This document shows positions 1-12,626 of a stretch of DNA of 63,103 nt, one piece after another. Under the pieces are notes generated by a model. It was given only the letters and a program-made list of their open reading frames with translations, made no database searches and had not been told where the DNA came from. Position numbers and translations under genes: made by a program. Source of the stretch: Bacteroidaceae bacterium (GTDB lineage: Bacteria > Bacillota > Clostridia > Oscillospirales > Oscillospiraceae); contig CAVDXW010000001.1 in NCBI GenBank assembly GCA_963613145.1, positions 1 through 63,103 on the forward strand, in the 5' to 3' direction. Positions within the stretch are counted from its first letter, which is position 1; every line of letters starts with the position of its first letter.

Positions 1-346
1 TGCTGACTGCCGGAAGATTCTCGAATTGGCTAAACACTGTTTCGCCAATTTGATCGACAGAATAAACCTTGTAAAATTGTCTTATGTTTTTCAGATTTCC
101 AACCGAAAATCCCTTTCCATAGTTTTTAGTCAGGTATGCCGACAGCTCCTTCAGGAGTTGTGTACCATATGCGGCACGCTTTTCGCCGCGCTGTTCTTCC
201 TCAACGATCATTCTACCGATTTCGTAGTAAGCATAGACCATAGCGAGATTAACAGCAGTTTTGGCATTCTTTCTGGCCTGCGCCAGTACATCAGAAACAC
301 TTTCCAAAAAGCTCTGGTTGATTGGGGTAATTTCGTTTTTGCTCAT
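1..346 (-). CDS. YhcG/DUF1016-family (PDDEXK nuclease-associated) protein, N-terminal part, truncated by window edge
   Basis: Not in ORF track. Manual translation from ATG 346 (RBS GGAGGGG) gives MSKNEITPINQSFLESVSDVLAQARKNAKTAVNLAMVYAYYEIGRMIVEEEQRGEKRAAYGTQLLKELSAYLTKNYGKGFSVGNLKNIRQFY, typical of the DUF1016 N-domain; follows mod. Confidence 0.85.
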   Translation of the reverse strand, partial: MSKNEITPINQSFLESVSDVLAQARKNAKTAVNLAMVYAYYEIGRMIVEEEQRGEKRAAYGTQLLKELSAYLTKNYGKGFSVGNLKNIRQFYKVYSVDQIGETVFSQFENLPAVS

Positions 347-359
347 ACTCCGCCCCTCC

Positions 360-2399
360 TTACAGCACTTTTACGGAAGTATCCGGCGCCAGCTCCTTGA
401 AAATCTGTGTCACATTGATTTTGGAAGGACTGCTGGCAAAGCTGCTATCACGGAATACAGCCCGCAGCGGCTTGCGCTTGGCGATCTCCTTGACCACGCT
501 TTCGGGAATATTTGCGTCAAAACAGGCGATCAAATCGCCGTCGTTGTAGGTGTGGACGGTGCAGCCGTCGATTTTCTCGGATTTGTACGGCAGGGACAGC
601 GGCAGCCCCCAGTCAATCAGGCAGCCGAACAGCAGGTCGAGGTCGGTGCGGTCATCCTTGATGTTGGATTCCAGACCCGCGAGCATCCCCTGATCGTAGT
701 CATCCGGCGCATAGTAGACATCCTTCATGTTGGTATCGTCCAGCTTGAGAACACGGAAGCCGATGTCGAGGTCTTGCGTGGTCATGGGGCTTTCGGACTT
801 GATCTTGTCTCCGGCGCGGCGGATGCGCTCTTTGCCGATTTCGCAGATGTTATGCGGAACGCCAATGGTGTCCAACAGATTCACTGCATTTTGGGCAACC
901 TTCTTGGCTTTTTCAGAGGCTTCTTTCTGAGGATCAATCGTTTCGGGAAGTTGAACAAGAATAAATTTACGATGCTTGTTCTGCTCAACATCCGCTAAGA
1001 ACATCGCGTGTGCTGTTGTAGCCGAGCCGGAAAAGAAGTCCAAGATAATGTCTCCATCATCAGTTCCGCAGAACTGGATGATCCGTTGAATAATATCTTC
1101 GTCTTTCGGATTTTCAAACACCTTGTCGCCCATTAGCACCGCAAGACGCTTGGATGCCGTTCTGCCATCCTGATAAAACACGCTATAAGGAACTCCGTAT
1201 TCGTGTTCTTCAAGATAAGACTTAATCGTTGGAACAAAGCTCTCGTCAGCTCCGAAGTTTACACGTCCTTCTTCTATCCAATGTTGCATAGTTTCTTTGT
1301 TTGTGATCCACCCTCTTGATGGAATACGCACCGGCTTATGAGTGACTGGGTGCAAAACCTCATATTTGGGGCCGCCACCACCGGGCCATGAAATGTCAGA
1401 TGCGAAGAAGATTCCGTAATCATCCACTTTGTTATAATGTGAATGATCCTTTGCAGGATGTCCGTCAGCCAATGTTTTATACCATTTTCGTAATTCCTTT
1501 TCAATCGAACCACAATCATTACCGTAAATCTGTTTCAGATGCTCATACTCAGCATAAATGTCAGAAAGCCCTTGCTTCTTTTCTCGCCACAGGATTTTGT
1601 GTTCTTTCACCCACAGTGCATCTTTGAAGTAACAGAGGATATACTCGTGGGAAACGGAAATGTACTTTGAGTCATTCTTCCTGCCCGCAGACCAAATAAG
1701 CTCTGCGATAAAATTGCTCGCACCGAACACTTCATCACAAATCGCTTTAAGAGTGTTTACCTCATTCTCATCAATGCTGATGAAAATAACGCCATCAGGT
1801 GTCAGAAGGTTTCTCGAAAGCAGCAAACGAGAATATATCATTGAGCACCAGTCCGAATGAAATCTGCCGTTGGTATCGGTATTCTTGAACAGACGGTTTT
1901 TGTCCTCGTCGTACATTCCCATCTGCTCGTTTTCTTCTTCCTGCGAGCGCATGAAATCATCGGCATAGATGAAGTCGTTGCCGGTGTTGTATGGCGGGTC
2001 GATATAGATCATCTTGACCTTGCCAAGATAGCTTTCCTGCAAGAGCTTGAGAACTTCCAGATTATCGCCCTCTATGTAGAGGTTTTCGGTGGTGTCCCAG
2101 TCCTTGCTCTCCGCCACACAGGGGCGCAGCGTCTTACGAATCGGCTTGTTGGCTTCCACAATTGCCGCCTTCTTGCCGACCCATGTAAACTCATATGCCT
2201 CGTCGCCGTCCACTACGTCCGGCGAAAGCATCTGTTTCAGCAGCTCAAAATTGACTGCCCGCTTGTACACCTTCTTCTCCGGCGTACTGTGTTCCTCATC
2301 CAGCATTTCCGTGATGCAGTTCGGAAACAGGTCAGCAATGCGGTCTATATTCTGCGCCGTCATATCCGGCGATTCAAATTTCATCTTGTTCATTTTCAT
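360..2399 (-). CDS. mod: Type III restriction-modification DNA methyltransferase (Mod subunit)
   Basis: IYIDPPYNTG catalytic motif IV, DFFSGSATTAHA motif I, NLYIEGDNLEVLK N-terminal signature, central variable TRD. Confidence 0.93.
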   Translation of the reverse strand: MKMNKMKFESPDMTAQNIDRIADLFPNCITEMLDEEHSTPEKKVYKRAVNFELLKQMLSPDVVDGDEAYEFTWVGKKAAIVEANKPIRKTLRPCVAESKDWDTTENLYIEGDNLEVLKLLQESYLGKVKMIYIDPPYNTGNDFIYADDFMRSQEEENEQMGMYDEDKNRLFKNTDTNGRFHSDWCSMIYSRLLLSRNLLTPDGVIFISIDENEVNTLKAICDEVFGASNFIAELIWSAGRKNDSKYISVSHEYILCYFKDALWVKEHKILWREKKQGLSDIYAEYEHLKQIYGNDCGSIEKELRKWYKTLADGHPAKDHSHYNKVDDYGIFFASDISWPGGGGPKYEVLHPVTHKPVRIPSRGWITNKETMQHWIEEGRVNFGADESFVPTIKSYLEEHEYGVPYSVFYQDGRTASKRLAVLMGDKVFENPKDEDIIQRIIQFCGTDDGDIILDFFSGSATTAHAMFLADVEQNKHRKFILVQLPETIDPQKEASEKAKKVAQNAVNLLDTIGVPHNICEIGKERIRRAGDKIKSESPMTTQDLDIGFRVLKLDDTNMKDVYYAPDDYDQGMLAGLESNIKDDRTDLDLLFGCLIDWGLPLSLPYKSEKIDGCTVHTYNDGDLIACFDANIPESVVKEIAKRKPLRAVFRDSSFASSPSKINVTQIFKELAPDTSVKVL

Positions 2400-2449
2400 T
2401 CTCCTTTTTCGGTGCCGTTAGTAAATCAGCATCCACATCTCTGTCACAA

Positions 2450-2478
2450 ATTATACCATCTCACTGCCCCCTTGGCAA
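2450..2478 (-). promoter_or_regulatory. sigma-A promoter of mod
   Basis: TTGCCA-17 bp-TATAAT with extended TG on minus strand. Confidence 0.65.
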
Positions 2479-2779
2479 CCTCGCTTCGTACCCTATGTGT
2501 CGAGCAGATTTGTCTCTTCTTTCTTTATTGCGGCTCAACCTTTGAGCTGCCACCCTTGCAGAAACCACTTGCACACCCTTACTTATTAGAGCTACAATTC
2601 AGGCAATCCAAAACGATATATATCAAGTGCGACGGGCTGGGCTTTATCCCTATGAATGAGCTGACGAAAAAGGAACCGGCGTGACCGAAGTCACGCCGCT
2701 CCCTTGAAAACACATGGTTTTCGCCATTCTTTGATTTTACTGCTTTACGACCACCCGGCTATGGACGGGAGTGCATTTT

Positions 2780-4498
2780 TTACAGATAGTTCAGCGGGTT
2801 GACGAAGGTGCCGTTGAGCTTGATACCGAAGTGGCAGTGGTTGCCGGTGGAGCGTCCCGTCGAGCCCATGCGGGCGATAAGCTGCCCCTTGTGTACCTTC
2901 GCGCCGACAGACACCACAAGGCTGCTGTTGTGGCCGTAGTAGGTCTGGTAGCCGTTGCCGTGGTCGATGATGATGAGGTAGCCGTAGCCGCTCATCCAGC
3001 CGGAGTATGTCACCGTGCCGCCGTCGGAGGCGTAGATGGATGTACCGTAGCTGTTGGCAATGTCGATACCGCTGTGATAGGTGCTGCCCAGCAGATAGCG
3101 TGTGCCGAAGTAGCTGCTGAGCACGCCGGTACACGGCCACGCGAACGACCCCGTGGGATACCATGTGGGACGCTCCTTCGTGCCGCGGAGCTGCTGCTCC
3201 GTCACCGGCTGGGAGAGGGTGACGCTGGCCACCACCTCGCGCTCGGTCTCTGCGCCGTTGATATAGGTCACATTGGCGGTGACATCCGCCTTGCCGTACA
3301 CACCGGCGGAGGTAACCTTATATTCGCCCTGATACATGGACGAATCATCGGTGTATTCCACGGGATACGCCACATCCTGCACATATCGCTGCCGCTCCAC
3401 ATTCACCACGGTCAGATAGGGTACGGCGTTGCTGATGGTCAGCACATCGCCCACGCGGAGAATGTCGGGGTCATAGCCCTCGTTCAGCTTCATCAGGTCG
3501 TCGATGGAGATGTCGTAGTCCTCGGCGATGCTGTAATAGCTGTCGCCGCTCTCCACGGTGTAGGTCACCTCGCCCTGCTTCGTCTCGTTGAGTATCTCGG
3601 CAATGTAGCCGAGGTTCATCACATAGGAGGACTCGACATACTCCTCGCGTATCTCCACATCCTCCACGAAATAGGCGTTCACGGTGTCGTCCGTCTGGTA
3701 GCCCAGCTTGAGCTGCTCCAGCAGATCCTCCAGTGCGCCGGAGCGGGTGGTGGCCACCACCTTTTCCCCGTCCACATACAGCACATAGGCGTATTCCACC
3801 TCGCCGAGTGCGTCGCCCAGCGTCTCCTCAAATTCCTCACTGCTCAGAAGCTCGCGGCGGGGATAGACACCGGCATCCACGGTGAGGAGCGTCGTATCGA
3901 TGGTATAGCTTTCGTCACCGGTCGTCGTGCGGGTGATAGTCTCCAGCTCCTGCGCCACCTGTCGGGCAGCGTGACGGGAGGAGACAACGCCCAGCAGGTG
4001 ACCGTCATAGCTGACCTCCGCGCCCAGTGTGTACAGAGACAGCACCGTGGCCGCCGCCGCGATGCCCATGGCTCCGGCAAGATAGGCCACGGGGTGCAGC
4101 TTCATCGTCTCGAAGAAGTGGCGGCGTTTGCCGCCCAGCCAAGCCCAGCCCCTGCGCCGGTTCGCCCACCGCTCGCGCACCGTGGCGGCGAAACGCTCGA
4201 TGCTGCTGCGGAAAAAGAGGAAAAGCTGCGCCGCGCCGAATTCGGATTCGGGGAATCGCCGTGCGCGGTTGGCGGCGGCGAGGTTGTCCGCCTTGCCGCG
4301 CAGCTCGCGCAGCCTCTGCCCCAGCTGGCGGCAGCCGGCCTGAATGTTCAGGGTGAACAGGTCGTGGTGCTCATCGCAGAAGTGCCGCCAGCTTATTAAA
4401 TTGTCACGCCATAGCTGCCACAGCTCCGAGAGCGTCATGTGCTCCCGATTCGGGTCGCGGTCGGATGGCTTTTTTTGCTGTTGTTGATTCTGCGTCAT
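2780..4498 (-). CDS. M23 family peptidoglycan DD-metalloendopeptidase with LysM and G5 domains
   Basis: HSGIDIA...HCHF zinc motifs, LysM (YTVESGDSYYSIAEDY), G5-like segment, one TM helix. Confidence 0.9.
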   Translation of the reverse strand: MTQNQQQQKKPSDRDPNREHMTLSELWQLWRDNLISWRHFCDEHHDLFTLNIQAGCRQLGQRLRELRGKADNLAAANRARRFPESEFGAAQLFLFFRSSIERFAATVRERWANRRRGWAWLGGKRRHFFETMKLHPVAYLAGAMGIAAAATVLSLYTLGAEVSYDGHLLGVVSSRHAARQVAQELETITRTTTGDESYTIDTTLLTVDAGVYPRRELLSSEEFEETLGDALGEVEYAYVLYVDGEKVVATTRSGALEDLLEQLKLGYQTDDTVNAYFVEDVEIREEYVESSYVMNLGYIAEILNETKQGEVTYTVESGDSYYSIAEDYDISIDDLMKLNEGYDPDILRVGDVLTISNAVPYLTVVNVERQRYVQDVAYPVEYTDDSSMYQGEYKVTSAGVYGKADVTANVTYINGAETEREVVASVTLSQPVTEQQLRGTKERPTWYPTGSFAWPCTGVLSSYFGTRYLLGSTYHSGIDIANSYGTSIYASDGGTVTYSGWMSGYGYLIIIDHGNGYQTYYGHNSSLVVSVGAKVHKGQLIARMGSTGRSTGNHCHFGIKLNGTFVNPLNYL

Positions 4499-4828
4499 GG
4501 TATAGCCCCTAAAAGTTACAAATAGTTACAAAAAGTATAATACCCTTTTTTCACCCCCGCGTCAAGGTCGAAATTGTAAACAAACTTCCGCGCCGAAAAA
4601 AAGCACCCCCCCGCAGGGTGCTTTCGGGACGGCGGAAAAGGCCGCTCCAAACAGACAGGCTGTTGAAAAAAGCGGGCCGCTTTCGCCCGTTAAGGCAAAA
4701 ATTCCGTCGTAGGCTTCGCCCTGCCCGTCTTTTTATTGCCTTGTCTCCGCGTGCATCAATGAAACCAACAGCTTGATTTGAGGAAATGGCACATTTCTTA
4801 TTTTACCATGCTTTTGCATAGCAAAATA

Positions 4829-4862
4829 ACGGTCACACAATCCAAACGGACTGTGTGACCGT
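4829..4862 (-). terminator. intrinsic terminator of ppdK
   Basis: hairpin ACGGTCACACAATCC/GGACTGTGTGACCGT with A/T-rich flanks. Confidence 0.7.
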
Positions 4863-4904
4863 ATTTATATCAGTTGTTTTGCCTACGCTGTTTGCGTCAA
4901 CTTT

Positions 4905-7538
<2,634 letters not shown>

Positions 7539-7759
7539 TAGAAATCCTCCCTATATGAATTTAATTGTACCAAACATTGAGAACAATTTATTATAGTCAT
7601 ATTTCCCGCCAAAATCAACCCTTTAATAGATGTTTTTACAAAAAAAGTTATTTCTTCGCCATCGCCCGCGAAAAGCCCGCCGCACGCATGTATTTTTACC
7701 CCAGAAGCGGGGATCCATAACGGGAAATTCCGGGTGAAGGTGCAGCTTTGCCGGACTGT

Positions 7760-7798
7760 CAGGCGGCACTCAGCTCCGACTGAGTGCCGCCTGTTTTT
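7760..7798. terminator. perfect 14-bp hairpin after VanW-like gene; U-tract on plus strand
   Basis: CAGGCGGCACTCAG-CTCCGA-CTGAGTGCCGCCTG-TTTTT. Confidence 0.75.
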
Positions 7799-7801
7799 GC
7801 C

Positions 7802-9499
7802 TTATTCCGCTTCGCCCGGCGCGACCAGCACAATCTTATCGGCGCGGTCGTAATCGCTGTACGCCTCCTCGGTGGAGCGCAGGAGCGTACCGTCACCGCT
7901 GTAGACATTGCGGTAGGTGCGGACGGCGTAGCCGTTGTGCCCGTACTGCTCCACCTGTGTCGTGCCGGGGGCGATGTCCTCGGACTCGCGGTAGAGCGTC
8001 CTGCTCTCGGAGTAGGAGAGAAATTTATTCGTCATGACCACATAGTTGTCATCGGTTTTCGTGCCCAGCAGCGTGATCGTGAGCTGATTGGTCTCATCAT
8101 TGTAGCTCGTGGTGATTTTGATGGGGAAATCGGTACTGTTTCGGAAGGCAAAGTCGGGGCCGCCCCAGCTCACGGTGGCATCACAGCCCGTGACGGGCAT
8201 ATAGCCGGGGTCGAACATGTGGGCGTAGCGCAGGACAATCTTCAAATTGCCCATCAGCGCGGCGTAGTACAGTGTGGAGGACACCTGACATATCCCGCCG
8301 CCGATGGAGGTAACGGTCTTGCCGCCCGCATACGCCGCGGCGGGCTGGAAGCCCCGCGCCTCGGTGCGCTCTCCGACGGTGGCGTTGTACCAGAACTCCT
8401 CACCGGGGTTATAGACCTTTCCGTCAATGGCGGCCGCCGCCAGCTTGATGTTCTGCCGCCGTCCCCAAGGGCCGGCGCAGGTGGTGGTGCAGGTGCCGAG
8501 AACATCCCGGAACATGGCCGTCGTCAGCTCCTCGGTGGAGGCGGGCGGGAACTGTACCTGCGCGTCCGCCAAAAACTCCTCGCCCGGCGCGGCGGCGTCG
8601 AGCTGCCTCTGCACCGTCTCCACATCGAACTGGACACCGACGCGGGAGCGCGTGGGCTTGCCCGTGGTGCGGTCGTAGGTCGCCGCCGCCATCGTGCCGC
8701 AGATGTCGTCATGGAGCTGCTGTATGTCCAATGCTTTGGCCGTGTGCTGCGCGAAGACGCACTCCACCTGCCGCGCCGCCGCAGACAGGTCACGGCTCTC
8801 AAGCCGCTGCCGCAGCGTGTCGCCCAGCGCGGCGGGGTCGAGCTTTTCGCCGTCCTGCGGCTTGGTGATGTACAGCCCCTCACCCTCCACCAGCCGATAG
8901 CCGCCGTCCACCAGCGTACACGCCACGGTGTCGGACAGCGTTTCACACGCGGCGGCGAGCTTTTCGCCGTCCACATCCAGCTGCGGAGTCGCGTCCACGG
9001 TTCTGTACAGGCTCTCGATGAGCCGCCAGCCGCCGCGCAGAAACACCGCAGCATCGCTGCCCCAGCCGCGTTCCTGCACATCGCAGCCCGCCGCCTGTGA
9101 GACATAGCTGGGCAGGACGGTCACACCCAACCCGGCGAGGGACACACTGCCGAGCTCCTGTCCGTTGCGGGTAAGCTTGACGGTCGTTTCGCTCAAAATC
9201 GTCTCGCCCTGCTCCGTCCAGAGCTGCTCAACCTCCTGTGCGGACAGGCCTGAAACCTCCAACCCCAGCACGGAGGTGCGCGGAAACGCGGCGTGGGCGT
9301 AGAGCATCTGCGCCGCCGCGCAGCAGCCGGCATACGCCAGCACCAGCACGGCGACAATAATACCGATAACCGGTCCCGTCCTCCTGCCGCCGGACGCGGG
9401 CTGATTTTTCTTTTTTTCGGGCGGAGCCAGCCGCTTTCCGCGCTTTTGCGGCGCGACAGCCGTCCCCACAGCAGAGGACGGCCTGACTTCCTCTCTCAT
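7802..9499 (-). CDS. VanW-family protein with peptidoglycan-binding and G5 domains
   Basis: GGGICQVSSTLY and DATVSWG VanW motifs, N-terminal TM; start ATG 9499 chosen by RBS AAGGAGG. Confidence 0.88.
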   Translation of the reverse strand: MREEVRPSSAVGTAVAPQKRGKRLAPPEKKKNQPASGGRRTGPVIGIIVAVLVLAYAGCCAAAQMLYAHAAFPRTSVLGLEVSGLSAQEVEQLWTEQGETILSETTVKLTRNGQELGSVSLAGLGVTVLPSYVSQAAGCDVQERGWGSDAAVFLRGGWRLIESLYRTVDATPQLDVDGEKLAAACETLSDTVACTLVDGGYRLVEGEGLYITKPQDGEKLDPAALGDTLRQRLESRDLSAAARQVECVFAQHTAKALDIQQLHDDICGTMAAATYDRTTGKPTRSRVGVQFDVETVQRQLDAAAPGEEFLADAQVQFPPASTEELTTAMFRDVLGTCTTTCAGPWGRRQNIKLAAAAIDGKVYNPGEEFWYNATVGERTEARGFQPAAAYAGGKTVTSIGGGICQVSSTLYYAALMGNLKIVLRYAHMFDPGYMPVTGCDATVSWGGPDFAFRNSTDFPIKITTSYNDETNQLTITLLGTKTDDNYVVMTNKFLSYSESRTLYRESEDIAPGTTQVEQYGHNGYAVRTYRNVYSGDGTLLRSTEEAYSDYDRADKIVLVAPGEAE

Positions 9500-9658
9500 G
9501 CTGCCCCCCTCCTTTTTCATCGTTGCTGCCCGCATTGTACCACGCCTGCACGGGAAATGGGTTACAAAAGCGTTACGAGATTTTTTATTTCCCGCCGCAT
9601 TACGCCGTTTTTCGACGGTGGACAGGGCGTACAATAAAGAAAAAGGGAGGGAAGCACC

Positions 9659-10471
9659 ATGAGCAAGCAGCAGAAAACGGAATTTTTATCCAGCCGCGTG
9701 CGGTACATACCCATCAACGACATACGCCCCAATCCCCAGCAGCCGCGCCGCCGCTTCGACACGGAGGCATTGCAGGAGCTGGCGGGCAGCATCTCCGCCT
9801 ACGGCATTTTGCAGCCGCTGACCGTGCGCTCGCAGGGCGGCGGGTACGAGCTGATCGCGGGTGAGCGGCGGTGGCGGGCGGCGCGTATCGCGGGACTGCG
9901 GCAGGTTCCCTGCCTGCTGGCGCGGGTGGACGAGGAGGACGCGGCACTGCTTGCACTCATCGAGAATTTGCAGCGGCGCGATCTGGACTACATGGAGGAG
10001 GCGGCGGCGATAGCGCGTCTGGTGCGGCGGTACGGGCTGAGCCAGCAGCAGGCGGCGGAAAAGCTGGGGCGCAGCCAGTCCGCCGTGGCCAACAAGCTGC
10101 GCCTGCTGCGGCTGGAGGAGCCGGTCGTGGACGCGCTGCACCGCTACGGACTGACGGAACGGCACGCCCGCGCCCTGCTGCGGCTGGAGGACGGCGAGCA
10201 GCGGCTGGCGTCGGCGGAGCAGATGGGGCGGCAGGGCATGAATGTCGCGGCGGCGGAGGCGTACATCGACAGGCTCATCGCGCAGGCGCAGACCACGCCG
10301 CCCAAGCGCAGGAGCACCTATATTCTCAAGGATGTGCGCCTGTTCCTCAACAGCGTGGAGCGCGGCATCAAGCTCATGCGCGATGCCGGCGTGGGCGCGA
10401 AAATAGCGCGGCAGGACACGGAGGACGAGATCTGCCTGACCGTGCGCATTCCCCGCACGCAGCGCAGATGA
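9659..10471 (+). CDS. noc: ParB-family nucleoid occlusion protein
   Basis: PNPQQPRR, ELIAGERRWRA, KDVRLFLNSV and C-terminal ICLTVRIP typical of Noc; canonical parB is separate. Confidence 0.8.
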   Translation: MSKQQKTEFLSSRVRYIPINDIRPNPQQPRRRFDTEALQELAGSISAYGILQPLTVRSQGGGYELIAGERRWRAARIAGLRQVPCLLARVDEEDAALLALIENLQRRDLDYMEEAAAIARLVRRYGLSQQQAAEKLGRSQSAVANKLRLLRLEEPVVDALHRYGLTERHARALLRLEDGEQRLASAEQMGRQGMNVAAAEAYIDRLIAQAQTTPPKRRSTYILKDVRLFLNSVERGIKLMRDAGVGAKIARQDTEDEICLTVRIPRTQRR

Positions 10472-10520
10472 CCGCCGCCGCAGGCAAAAGAAAACCACCC
10501 CCCTCGGGGGTGGGCTTTCT

Positions 10521-11498
10521 TCACTGCCTTGTGCGTATATCGTCGCCGAAAAACGGCAGAATCTCGTATGTCCCCTCGATACGGGAGAGAACGGGCGCAC
10601 CGTAGCGGGCGGCAAGCTCCTGCGGAGCCAGGTTCGTGTTGATGATGGTCGCCTTGCCGGAGAGCATCCGCCCGTTGACGATCTGATAGAGTGCGCTCTG
10701 GACGAAGGAGGTCGTCATCTCCGTGCCGAGGTCGTCCAGAATCAACAGATCGCACCCCTCACAGCGGCGGACATCGGCGGCGTTCGTCTCATCGGGGCGG
10801 AACTTCGCGTCCTCCATGCGGGCGAAAATGCTGATGGCGGTGTCGTAGACCACGGAGAAGCCACCCTCGCTGACCACACGGGCAACACAGGCGGACAGAA
10901 AGGTCTTTCCCAGCCCCGTGCCGCCGGAGAGGAGCAGATTGCCGCCGCCGCGTGAAAACTGGTTGGCGTAGTCGCGGCAGACATCAAAATTATGCTCCAT
11001 ATTGGCGCGGGGAGAGATACCGTACCCCTCCCACTCCGTGCCGTCGTAGAGGTCGAAGCGGAAATTTTCAAACCGCGCCTCACCCAGCGGGAGCAGACGC
11101 GACAGCTCCGCAAGCTGCTCACGGGCGTAGTATTCGCGCAGGCAGCGGCACACGCCGCGGCTGTCGTAGCCCGTGTCGCCGCAGAGGGAGCAGGCGGGCT
11201 TGTCCTCCAGATAGTCGGCGGGATAACCCATCTCCGCAAGGAGGTTGACACGCTCCTGCTGGAGCGACAGATTTTCCTCGCGCAGCTTACGCAGGGCAGG
11301 CAGAGGATCCTCGCCCTTTTTTGCGGCGGCAGCCACGATACGGCTCATGGTGGCGCGCAGAGCCTGCTCTATCTCCCGCAGGCGAGGCTTGCGCTCATAC
11401 ACCTCGCGGCGACGCTGCTCCATCTCCGCCTCGCGCCGCTGCTTTGCCTGATCGAAGCGGGCGATCGCCCGCTGCATGATGATTCCGTCGTAGGACAT
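10521..11498 (-). CDS. DnaC/DnaI-like helicase loader ATPase (IstB-like AAA+)
   Basis: CxxCxDTG zinc motif, GGTGLGKT Walker A, LLILDDLGTE Walker B. Confidence 0.88.
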   Translation of the reverse strand: MSYDGIIMQRAIARFDQAKQRREAEMEQRRREVYERKPRLREIEQALRATMSRIVAAAAKKGEDPLPALRKLREENLSLQQERVNLLAEMGYPADYLEDKPACSLCGDTGYDSRGVCRCLREYYAREQLAELSRLLPLGEARFENFRFDLYDGTEWEGYGISPRANMEHNFDVCRDYANQFSRGGGNLLLSGGTGLGKTFLSACVARVVSEGGFSVVYDTAISIFARMEDAKFRPDETNAADVRRCEGCDLLILDDLGTEMTTSFVQSALYQIVNGRMLSGKATIINTNLAPQELAARYGAPVLSRIEGTYEILPFFGDDIRTRQ

Positions 11499-11502
11499 AC
11501 TC

Positions 11503-12438
11503 TCACCTCTTTATATAGCGGCGCATCCACGCATCCCTCCCGCTGCCGCCCGCAGGCTGTGCCGGTGTCCCGGGGGAGGCGTTGGCGACACTCTTGCCGC
11601 CCTTTTCGCCCTGCTCGACCTGACGCGGCGTGTGCCAGCCCGCCTCGTGCCAGCGGCGGAGGATACCGTGCAGATACCGCCAGTTCAGATCCTTCTTGTA
11701 GAACACCGTGCGCTCATACGCCAGTGCCACCGTCTCCGGCGGGAAGCCCATGTCGATCCACTGGTCGATATAGCGGCGTTCCGCCTCCACGGGCGGGCGG
11801 CCGTGTATTTGCAGCACGCTCAGATAGGACGCGGACTTCCTGTTCTTCTCCGCCCAGCCCTTGAGGTACCTGGCGGCGGAATTCTGGTCAAAGATGCCCA
11901 GCTGCGCCCAGCGATAGCCCTCCTTTTCGATCTGCCGCAGGGTGGGTCTGCGCCCCTCGCCCCACTGCTGCTTGCCGCGTTCCACGCAGTGACACACCAG
12001 CAGATAGATCACATCGGCGGGCATACCCACATCATCGTACAGCCCCGCGAGAATTTGCAGATCGGGGGTGCGGAGCTTCTTGCCGAGCTGCTGTTCCGTC
12101 TGCGGTACCAGCAGGCGAAAGCCCTCGTTGTCCGTCAGCAGCCCCGCAATGTCCTCTGTGGTGTAGACAGGCCGCTCGTCTGCGGGCGCGGGCTGCGTCT
12201 GGTGCAGCGGGCGCGGGAGCAGTCCCAGCTCCTGCAAGGTCTTCTCCGCCGCATCGATACGCAGGCGGCTCAGGGGCAGTGCCTTTTCCAGCTCCTCCGG
12301 CGTAACGCCCCTGCCGAAGCGGCAGAGGGCGAGGTACAAAAGGGCGGCATCGCCCTGACCGCTTTGCAGCAGCAGATCTGCGCTCTCGGCACTTATGGTG
12401 AGCTGCTCGCGCCTGTCGCGCAGGATGTATCCGTCCAT
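11503..12438 (-). CDS. DnaD/DnaB_2 domain replication protein
   Basis: two DnaB_2-like repeats (YLHGILRRWHEAG), paired with DnaC-like gene. Confidence 0.85.
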   Translation of the reverse strand: MDGYILRDRREQLTISAESADLLLQSGQGDAALLYLALCRFGRGVTPEELEKALPLSRLRIDAAEKTLQELGLLPRPLHQTQPAPADERPVYTTEDIAGLLTDNEGFRLLVPQTEQQLGKKLRTPDLQILAGLYDDVGMPADVIYLLVCHCVERGKQQWGEGRRPTLRQIEKEGYRWAQLGIFDQNSAARYLKGWAEKNRKSASYLSVLQIHGRPPVEAERRYIDQWIDMGFPPETVALAYERTVFYKKDLNWRYLHGILRRWHEAGWHTPRQVEQGEKGGKSVANASPGTPAQPAGGSGRDAWMRRYIKR

Positions 12439-12626
12439 GCCGCGCCTCCCTTTCTCATAGTGCCCTCTATTCTACACGAAAAAGCGGGCGGCGTAAAGCG
12501 GGGGACGACAACTTTTTACAAATTTCCTCTTTTCGGGAAAATTTACTTTTCTCCGCCCGGATTTGTGCTATAATATAGTCTGTATATCTGTACACAATTA
12601 TTGCTATCATCAAGGAGGGCTTTGGC

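Noticed and set aside
7802..9499. VanW as evidence of vancomycin resistance
   Set aside because: No vanHAX/vanRS genes; VanW-domain wall proteins are widespread in Clostridia
10521..12438. DnaD plus IstB-like ATPase as a phage or IS21 module
   Set aside because: No IstA transposase or phage context; host-like composition; fits the chromosomal clostridial helicase-loading pair
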